DNA of 63,938 bases, counting the filler, from Bipalium vagum (lineage: Eukaryota), in NCBI GenBank assembly GCA_037834085.1. It is 4 parts of 4 records of this genome, joined end to end, with 100 filler letters (N's around TTAATTAATTAA, not from the genome) between each part and the next. Parts side by side here need not be neighbours in the genome. Positions count along the whole stretch, not along the records: positions 48,407 to 63,938 come from JBBMKC010161391.1; 3 more parts are not named here. One strand, written 5' to 3'. Positions 54,801 through 63,938 of this stretch are shown here, in pieces (the stretch's first letter is position 1; every line of letters begins with the position of its first letter). A program made the position numbers and the translations under genes. The notes beneath the pieces are model-generated. The model did not search any database, had not been told where the DNA came from, and saw only the letters and a program-made list of their open reading frames with translations.

Positions 54801-57800
54801 CTGATTTGGTTGTGTATTGTGGAACGATAACGACTGATATTAAAAAAAATGACTAGCACATCTCGTTTTATGTGATTATAGATCCACATGAAATCACTTT
54901 GTGCTTTTTTAGAAAGAAATAGTAAATTCGAATTTATTATTGTTGAAGAAAACAGAGCACTTTATGGAACATTAACTAGCAAGATCCGAATTATATTATA
55001 TAATTTTTCGGTGAACTCACAAAAGAAACTTACTTATAAAGAAACTACGCAATTACAATCGTAAAGTTGAGACAGCAGTAAAAATGTTCATGACGAATGA
55101 TAAAGTAAATGTAAATAATGAAAGCAAGTATCCTTTAATTTTATAAATTTTTTAAAATGTCTTATTTAATTGTTAATAAATTGTTAATAAATTCTGTTAA
55201 CGTTATCAACATTATATGATTAGAACCAATCTACTTTTTGTGATAAGTAATTATAAAATTTACAACCTGAACTTTGCTAGAATTCTCCGACAGTATAGCC
55301 ATCATTGAATTAATACAACCCTTAAATGCTATTTTATTGTCTATCTCTATAATGAAATAAGAAATGAATCGAATTAATGATAAAAATAAACTTTTAAATA
55401 TCATCCACAATGTTTCAGTGATATCTTTCTCTCTCTCGTACACATTTCGATTCCATATTTTCATCTTATTACAGATATCGATGGGAATATTGTCACCATC
55501 TAAATGAAACAAATATTAAAATATTTTTAAAAAATGATGTGTTACTTCTAATCAGATCATTTAGTTCGGTTTTAAATTGATCAACGCGCAATCCTGAACC
55601 ATTTGAATTATCAAACAATGACCAAGTTGAAAGGTCGTTTTCTACGGCATCATTTATGATCTAAAAAATTTTGTAAAAAAAGAAATCAATCAATACGGCA
55701 AAATTGATAATTTTTAGAATTCATGTAAGTTTATAAGAATAACACGACTCGATATAATTATTGGTCTGGCATGAATATAATTGCTGATTTTTTTTGAAGA
55801 AACAAGTCCTGAAACTATATAAAATAATATATTTTTATTAAATTGTGAATTGTCTATTATTATCTAGGACCAGTTGTCATCTTCAAGGAATTATAAAAAT
55901 TCATCGTTTAAAAAACCTCTTTGATAAATTATTCGTAACTTTAAATAATGTGAGTATTTTTAAAAAATTTTTATGATAAGATAAAAACTTGTTAATTATA
56001 TATTGTATTTGGTTTGAATATAAATTATTTTAAACTTTTAATATTTTTATATTTAAGCATCACCAAAATTTATTTTTGGAAAGAGCATTTGCGTGTGATT
56101 TTGATTCACTATTTTTTTTTGGAAAATTGTTGCAGGCACTTACTGCTTATTTTGCGATGTTCATAAGGAACAATTTAGGCTACCTGTGAACGTTGGTTTA
56201 GGCGCTTCAAAAATGATTTCAGTTTGAAAAATAATGAACATCCAGGTCGCACTTCTGCATTTAAAGAAGAACAATTACAGGCTCTATTAGTTTAAGATTT
56301 ATATCAAACGCAAAAACAAATCCCATGCAACTAAATGCTGATCAGCAAAAAGTTTCTGGTCTCTTAAATGCAATAAGAAAAATTTTTAAGGAGGGGATAT
56401 GCAAAAAGAAAAAGTAGCCTGTGAAATGTTGAGACGACACGAACTAAAATCTTTTTACATAACATTGTGGCAGAGATAAGAAGTTGATTTATTATGAGAA
56501 TCCCAAACTCAATAATTCATGGTCAAAATTCAAAACTAGACTACAAGGTAAAATCGTTTCAGAAAGAAAGCAATGATTTGAGTTTGGTGGGATCAAAAGG
56601 TGTGGTATATTAAGATCTTCTAAAATCTGGTGAACTATTAATTCTGATCGCTATCAGAAACAAATAATAGAGTTAATGTTTGATTACCAGAGATCCAGAA
56701 TGGACCAAAAAGCATATACTTCAAAAAAGAAGTAAAAACCATGTTAAAAGATTTAGTCTTGGAAGTACTAACCCACCCAGCAATACCATCAGTTCTTGCT
56801 TTTTCAGATTTTAATTTGTTCCAGTTGCTGGCACATGAACTTGGTGAGCAGCACTTCAAGACTTACCCAAATATGCAAAAATTGGTCTCTAAATAAAACG
56901 CCTTGAAGCAAGAAATCTATTTGTGGACGGAATCTACAAGTTACCTGAAAGATTAAAGAAATATTTACAAAATATTTTTGTATCCTAAAAATTCTCGTGT
57001 TTTATTTGTCAATCCGCTTAATTTACAGAGCATCTAATATATCTGCGAAGAACTACAATAAATATGATTTGACATTATCTTCATTAGTAAAAGTTTTATC
57101 ATTCAAGAGGTTTTGATTTGAGAAACATATGATAGTCGGAAAGAGTGAGTTAGGGGTACACTGTGGTTCTATTAATGCATCCTTATCATACACACATGAT
57201 ACTTTTTTTCCGATAATAGAAAATTTAAATATGCCACAAATACGTGTTTTGATGATCCATATTAAAACGGACAGATAAAATACAAAAAAAATCTGTAAAA
57301 TTAACTTACAGATTGAAATTTGAATACGTCGAAAATTTTTAATTATTTATACAATCATTATTTTATTTAAATACATGCAAATCTCGTTATATAAAATAGT
57401 CAATTAATTTCTTGCCAACTCTATATTTTTTTAATTTTATGAGACTTTAGAGAACATTTTTAACACCAAAATATTCCTAAATCCAATTTATCAATAAACA
57501 AATTTATAAATTTAATATAAAAAAATTAATCTTTTCAGTTTTTTACTCATTTTAGACGTGAAAAAATAATGTGGTTTATGAATAAAAATAAAATCACTAA
57601 TTACTCCTTTTAAAATTCTTTATTAATCAAAATAGAATCTGTTTCTGCATTAGCTCGGTTCTTAAAGAAAATTTTAAGAAAGAAATTACTTTAAAATGAA
57701 ATTTAATTGGCGATAAGTCTGGTAAGCATTGGTGTGAGGCGAAATCTCGAACCCCAAATCATTATATATTTGAACCATTGTTTGCACATCTCTGGGTAAG

Positions 57801-60440
57801 TTACAAAATAATTGGATCTTATTTTGATAATGCCCAATTGTTAAGTTTCAATTTTTCATTCATTACTCGAATGTTGACAGCACTTCTCTGTCGTAATGGT
57901 TTCACTCGGATTTAGAAATTTTGTGACAGATTAAATCGGCCATGAACTACCAAACAATCAATAGCATTTATGGTGAAAATTAGGAGATTATATCAAAATA
58001 TAAGTATTATTTAAACATGTACTTTAAGATCTACTTAGTAAGTTCAGTAAATAGACATTATTTTGGTCTCATCCTAGTATTAATATAGAAATGTTTTGAA
58101 AATCTTGTTTTTCACCTATAGAAGTCTAAGAGTTTTGGATTTTTCCAATAACCTCGTGAAAATTTTATTTTTGTCGATCAAAACCGTAAAATTGTTTAAA
58201 ATCTAATACGTCATTAAAATAATTAATCTATAATATATAATTTTAAAAATTCGATTCATAATATTAAAAAACACATTTACCTTTAACTGTTCAATTTCTT
58301 CTAATAATTGATAAAGTGAACTATCTTTACAATCTGGTTCTATTTTTATTTTCTAAAAAAACATTCAATAGAATATTATTAACCAATAAATATTTGATAA
58401 AGTTTATTTCGATTTGGTTTAAAAGATTAACGGAGGCTTATGATAATAAAATAGATTATTCATTATATTTTTCTTTAAAAATTCCTCAAAAAGATAAAAG
58501 AAAAATCCTTACCAATTGACAATCAGCCAGCATATCTGGCCAATCAAAAACATTAAAGCAATTTCTCCATTTCACTGTAAACTCTCCGTAAGAAAATATA
58601 TATGTTGCTTCTACACTATGATGTTTATCCTAAATTAAAGTTTAACATACATATGCTTAACAAAGTAATAAACTTTATATCTTGGATCGCTGATAATCTC
58701 CGATATTTTCACTTTATTTGACGTTTCTTAGTAATATAAATGTCATTTAACAGGATATACAAGTTAATAATATACGTAAAAAATTTAAACTTTAATTTGA
58801 CATTCAAGAATTACTATCGAATTATGTAGATGATAAGAACTTAAGGAAATTTCAAACCAATCTTGTAACAAAGAATAACTTATTTCAAAAAGACAAATTA
58901 CTATTAAAAGAGCAATATAAAACCAACAGCATAATTTCCAAAAAAATTAATGTACAGACTTATTTTGCAATTAAAACTGATTCGTCAATGGTCAGTAACT
59001 GTTTACATTTTTTAAAAAGTGAACTTTCTATACTTGATTTTCTGATAGACTTTACTATAAGTAATAAATAATCACTTTTACAGATGAAAAGGAAAAATAC
59101 TATTTTAGATAAATAAATTTAATTACTACACCATTTGTTTCCAAGAATCTTAAAATAAAACTGAGCAATACCAACTTGGTAACAGAAAGTTTTATCAATG
59201 TACTAGTAAAATGATAATCTATTGGTCAAAGATAAGTGGATGAGGCAAATTTTCATTTTGTAAACTATGCAAGTTCTGTGAGGTCATCTGAAAAATATTC
59301 AGAATCTTTGAGTAAGCATAGTATTTTTTAAATTTCCAATTCTTCATATTTTTCTAATAGATTTAGAATCTTTAGGAAAAAACAATACCCACCTTACTAA
59401 TATCAACACCATAATTAATTTATAACATCACGTTAAGTACAATAGTACCAAAAATAATCTTATTTAATGATAATAAAATTGATTTTAAAAACTTCCACGA
59501 ATTAATTTTTCATGTCGATTGCAGAGAATATTCGATAGACATAGAAATATAAATGTTAATTGGACTTAAAAAAATAATTTTGTAATTCTTTTATTTCAGT
59601 TTAAACATTATATTGTAAAAATTAAGTTTTAAAATTAGTAGCAAAATTTCACTGATTGAATTTCATATTAATCATGTTGAATAAATTTTTATTTAATCTC
59701 AATATCTCAAGTTTCAGGTAAAACATATTTTACTTTATGAATTTGACATGAAAATTATTAACTAATAAATTCTTAAACGATAGATACAAAGATGATTAAG
59801 AATCAATTAATAATGAATAAATAATTAAAAAGTACTTATAGTAACTTTTGAATTTCGTTCTACTTGAAGTATTCTCAAATGATTAGGAAAATCTGATTTT
59901 GCAAAACCCCATAGACGAAACTTCCCATCAATAAAGCATACGGAATTTTCAAATACTTTTTTATATCCCTTTTGAAAAACAAACTTATGCATATATAAAG
60001 TTCTGAGATCGTGTTTTAAAATTATCTCTCATTATTTAAATTACTTATATTGACTAGCAGACCAAGGACGAATATATTTTAAATTGAAAATACTATTGTA
60101 CGATATGCTGACATTCCGTTCTGGATCATTTCTTAAAGATTCATTTAAATTTACTAAGTGCTGTAGCTTTAAAGGATTTCCTTCAATATCTTCAAAAACC
60201 ACTTTCTGACTTTCAAAATTATTTTCAATTGATTCCTAGACAAACAATGAATTCATTATTTTTGAAAAATATCAATTATTTTTACTTCAGAATTGAAATC
60301 TTTATTTAAAAGTGTGAAGTCAACTGAAAAAATTCTATCTAGCAAATTTCTCAATTTTTGACTTTCACTGCTAACATATGATTTTTTAAAATAATAAATT
60401 TCATGAATAGATCTTACTTAAATAATGAAAAATCATGCAT
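51873..60440 (-). CDS. ZWILCH: Zwilch-like kinetochore protein (RZZ complex subunit), multi-exon
   Basis: ATG at 60440 (MHDFSLF|NSESQKLRNLL...), then EGNPL, EREKDITETLWMIFK (cf. Zwilch RxDLDFxEQLW), CINSMMAIL, VQV|FNANNNTEFCRML, LELIVQLGLFKLTKDLLFIISNEL (cf. [24 protein letters not shown]) and SSIWIVNF; final exon SEFQVYR...IQMF* ends at 51873. Middle exons were not all delimited. Confidence 0.75.
52509..52889 (+). mobile_element. pogo-type MITE, 381 bp, TA TSD, in a Zwilch intron
   Basis: TA|CAGTAGTCGCCGCTTAATGT ... ACATTAAGCGGCGACTACTG|TA (20-bp perfect TIR); duplicated internal AATGTTATCAATCGGAyATTGTTATC; tail KRQTTLDEFFEINI*. Confidence 0.92.
53100..53745 (+). mobile_element. decayed Tc1-like transposon remnant
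   Basis: WKTLDWSPLCPALNQIENVW (Tc1 WPxxSPDLNPIENxW) and an upstream SGGR HTH-linker-like segment. Confidence 0.7.
56050..57039 (+). mobile_element. decayed mariner in a Zwilch intron
   Basis: TCERWFRRFK, IVAEIRxxIYYENPK, VWWDQKG and DLVLEVLTHPAIPSVLAFSDFNLF; ends gagcatctaata. Confidence 0.8.
57600..57960 (-). mobile_element. mariner remnant
   Basis: Minus strand reads DLGFEISPH/PDLSPIKFHF (mariner LGFEVLPHPPYSPDLSPxDFHLF with indels). Confidence 0.6.
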
Positions 60441-62319
60441 AATTTATGAAAAAGTATTCCAAAATATATTTTTAAATATAGTTCAATAAATACGAGGTTT
60501 AAACAAAGTGACTTAAGATAATTTTAATAATTATTACTTGATTATTTTTATTAATTATAACTTTTTCAAAATTCGTTGAGATCGATTTTTTAATTCATAA
60601 CTAGGAAATCTCATTTAAAAAATCTTACAAATTATTTCATTATGTATGATTCGTTTTCATTTTACTTCTGTCACAAATATGTACAAAAAAACTTGAATAT
60701 AGAATTATCAAGTGACCTATTTGGTACCTATTTCTCTGAAAAAAATCGAATTATATGCCTAAAACTTAATTTTTATTAGTATAACTTTCCAGTTCTGTAA
60801 TCATGGATAATTGAATTCTACCCTAGTCAGAGTTAAGAATGTATTAAAGTAGCAGTCACCATTGAGCATAGATTGACAGAATTTTTTATTTAAGGCACCA
60901 GAAGCTGCAGGAATTTCTTAGAAAATGACAGCCTTATGAGTTCTGATTTTTCGTTAGTGATCATAAATAAGGTCAGAGAGATAAGCAAAGTGAGTGGAAA
61001 AGTTTTTATTACGGAAAAGATTTAACTGGTAAAATTTCAAGAGTTATTAATCATTTTGTCGTCATCTAGTTCTTAATACGGTCATACTCAGAGGCCTTCG
61101 ACCAACCACGAATGATCGGATACGAGAACCTATGGTTGTTCAAGGAGCCTGGTCCTAGTTTTCTATTTGGTTTAAAGAAAAATTTTATTGAAGCTAAACC
61201 TTTTCAAGTTAATCAAACAGATATTTCCTCCAAGTATATATATATATATATTGATTGGTCTTCGTCGACCTAGGACAACCATAACTGACCAGTAAGGGAG
61301 CTCATGGTAAGTATAGGAGCCAATAAAAATTCAACTTGGAGAGATTGTTGTTATTTATTTATTTATTTTTTAACCGTTTAGAGAATTATTTTAGCAATAG
61401 TCTAGCGTAATTTTTTAACACATTTGGTATGATTTATTATTAATGTCATATTTGGATAGAGTTCAGAGAGAAAGAGTAAAAAGTGTGAACATAGTATGTT
61501 ATATTTCTAAGTAACGATATTAGTGGGTACGGTTCAGGAACTGGTTGACTAGTTGATTTGATATTTGTTCGTGATTAAATTAACCAATTTTGTAATTTTT
61601 TTCCTTAAGCGTTCAATAAAACTTATTTTTGTTATACACTTTGTTTGATCGAAATATTATTATTTGAACCTAATGGTAATTAAAGATTTCGTTGAGTGAG
61701 TTTGGTTAATATCAAAAAAATAACAATAGTAATAATTATAATTTGAATAGAATTTTATTTTACTTTTATGCCACATAATATTTTAATTTTATTAGACAAA
61801 AATTAATTGAAAGTAAACCTAATAATCGATTTTATGAATCAAAATTTAGACGACACAATTTTATTATTTATTTTATATCAAGAAAAAGAAAATCTTTTCT
61901 ACCATCTTAAAAGCCACTGTAAGAATATTTGGCGAAAAATCCTGTGATTGAAATTTCCCCACGACATCTTATCGAAAATTCATATTTCGATAAATGAAAA
62001 GATATATTTCGAGTACTTATATAATGAATCAAAATCGGTGGTAGGAAGCCACAATTTATGGTCAAGTTGTTTAAATGCTTCATTGTTACTATATTTTTAC
62101 TAACAAGGTTTTTTTAGTGTACTTATCCTAATAAGAAATATTATATTATTTTTTGCACTAATCAAATACACTATGCACTATATCTAATAAATTAAGTCAT
62201 TTCAATTTATTAATATATATTAAAATATTAAATTTATCATTTACATTTTTTATTTCAAAATTGTCAAAAATTGAAACCGTTTCAATTGGGTTTCAGTCAA
62301 ATCAAGTATTTAAATTTGG

Positions 62320-62750
62320 GATGAAATCTTTAACCGACCTTCAAAGTCTTTCAATGTTCTGAGTATGAACAATGATTATTGTTATACCTAACAAACTCAA
62401 TTCGATGATTGATAGCAAAGTGCTTATATCCAAATTCAGCAAGGCCCCGATATCCTCACCAACATTCAGTCATTATACGCTCTGAAGTTTCTACATTTTG
62501 TCAGCATCCCATGCAATAATAATGGATGATTTGAAGGCATTTTTAGACAGATATGTTAGTATTTTCAAAAATACTATCTTTATAAATTGAAAAAGATCTA
62601 TAGCAGGATCTCTTGCCATCTACTTTGCTTTGGGGTCTTTTCAATTTGCATGTCACTATAACACAACTTGCATTTCGGAGATGTGTATATTAATTCGTTC
62701 ATTCTTATAAATTCCAATGCATTTTCTTCATTCATCATATAATTCATTAT
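62320..62750 (-). mobile_element. internally deleted Merlin (IS1016/ISXO2-like) transposase remnant
   Basis: N-terminal zinc ribbon ELIYTSPKCKLCYSDMQIEK, KDSIFENTNIS, then GLAEFGYKHFAINHRIEFV and VHTQNIERL*RSVK. Confidence 0.8.
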
Positions 62751-63040
62751 TTCTAAAATAATTTACTTATACATATGTATATAAATATTTTAAATAAAAT
62801 TTTAAAATTTTTGCGTCTGAGTTACAGCGGAGACTATAAAAATAATGCCTCAGATTAACGCAGAAATTTATTTCATTGATAAAAATTTATGAGTGAAATA
62901 AAAAAATTAATTGACATTTAATCAACTTGACCTAAATTATAGCTTTTTATTATATCATTATAAACTCAAAAATGAGTCTCCAAAATAATGAAGGAACAAG
63001 ACGACAACCAGATTTTGACAATCAGGTACTTCTAGCATTC

Positions 63041-63085
<45 letters not shown>
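63041..63085. repeat. (AAT)n microsatellite
   Basis: About 15 perfect AAT units. Confidence 0.95.
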
Positions 63086-63086
<1 letters not shown>

Positions 63087-63107
63087 TATGTCATGTTAAT
63101 ACAGGTA

Positions 63108-63938
63108 TATCAGGTAACAAACTAATTTTTTTCGTTTTTAATTAAAAACTAAACTAAAACTGAAGTTAAATTTAATTTGTTAATCAAAAAACATTATTTA
63201 ACAATTAATCATCCAGATATTCTTCATCTTTTTCTATTACTGCTTCCCATCTATTCAGAAGTTTATTGATCCCATTATTAAAGAAATCTTGATCTTTAGA
63301 ATTAAAAAAAGAAAGTACTTCATTCTTTATACCTTCGGAACTCTTAAAATTTTTACCCATCAAGTGATTCTGTAAAACCCAGAACAAATAAAAATCGGAT
63401 GGGAGATATCGGGACTATATGGCGGATGTTCCATTAGAGTCCAGTGCAATTTCTGAATAACCTTGAATGTCTTCCCTGATTTGTGAGGCTTAACATTATC
63501 TTGGTGGAAAATCACTTGTTTTCGGTTTATCAAACTGATCCGGTTTTCCTTAATAATAGCATGAACTCTTCTTAGCATGTCACAATAGACATCAGAATTA
63601 ATGGTTTTCCCGGATTTGAGAAACTCTTGATAAATAATTCCACAAGAATTCTACCAAATGGATAAAAGAACCGTGTTTCGTGTAAGGTTACGTTTTTCAA
63701 TTTTTGTAGAGGCTCTCCTTTCAACGACATCTGGTTATGTTGTCATGATAGATTCACTTTTCATCGCAAGTGACTATCCGGTGGAGAAAAGGATCATTTC
63801 GGTTTCTTTCGAGAAGTCTTGAACAAATTTCAATGCGATCCAACTTGTTTTTTCAGCTAGTTAGTGAGAAACCCATTTGTCGTGTTTACAAGTGAATCCT
63901 AACGTTTCCAGTCGGTTTCTTATTGCTGTATCGCTTAT
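63108..63938 (-). mobile_element. mariner transposon (frameshifted), running off the window end
   Basis: DKWVSH, IVTCDEK*I, VIFHQDNVKPH, MEHPPYSPDIS and LQNHLMGKNF...GINKLLNRWEAVIEKDEEYLDD*; TIR-like tatcaggtaacaaactaatt at the left. Confidence 0.9.

Noticed and set aside
55128-55138. GTATCCTTT U12-type donor consensus
   Set aside because: It is on the plus strand inside an intron of a minus-strand gene, with no matching exon or branch site.
57716-57897. Apparent plus-strand exon pair with TGG|GTAAGT nested in Zwilch
   Set aside because: The opposite strand is explained by a mariner HPPYSPDL-region remnant.

Overview
A very AT-rich animal genomic scaffold with many 40-55 nt spliceosomal introns, a few kb-long TE-filled introns and five assembly gaps (three are artificial N44-TTAATTAATTAA-N44 spacers). 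I built five protein-coding gene models by hand: (1) a 12-exon aromatic-L-amino-acid decarboxylase (DDC/TDC/HDC group) gene on the minus strand, 2961-9346, 493 aa; (2) a divergent, compact CEP192/SPD-2 gene on the plus strand, 12158-15940; (3) an unnamed Cys-rich, possibly GPI-anchored protein on the plus strand, 5'-partial, 18014-25077; (4) the 3' half of a casein kinase 1 gamma gene on the minus strand, with several candidate alternative last exons; (5) a Zwilch-like kinetochore gene on the minus strand, 51873-60440. The rest is mostly decayed DNA transposons (mariner, Tc1, pogo-type MITEs, Merlin, hAT/Buster), plus a tRNA-Ala pseudogene and microsatellites. The strongest observation is that the decarboxylase has an intact reading frame and intact splice sites but has lost the PLP Schiff-base lysine (HKW->HDW), His192 (->Asn) and Thr246 (->Pro). 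It keeps the residues normally donated to the partner subunit's active site, so it is a candidate pseudoenzyme or heterodimer partner. All family assignments come from remembered motifs; no searches were run. TE boundaries are approximate unless TIRs are quoted.
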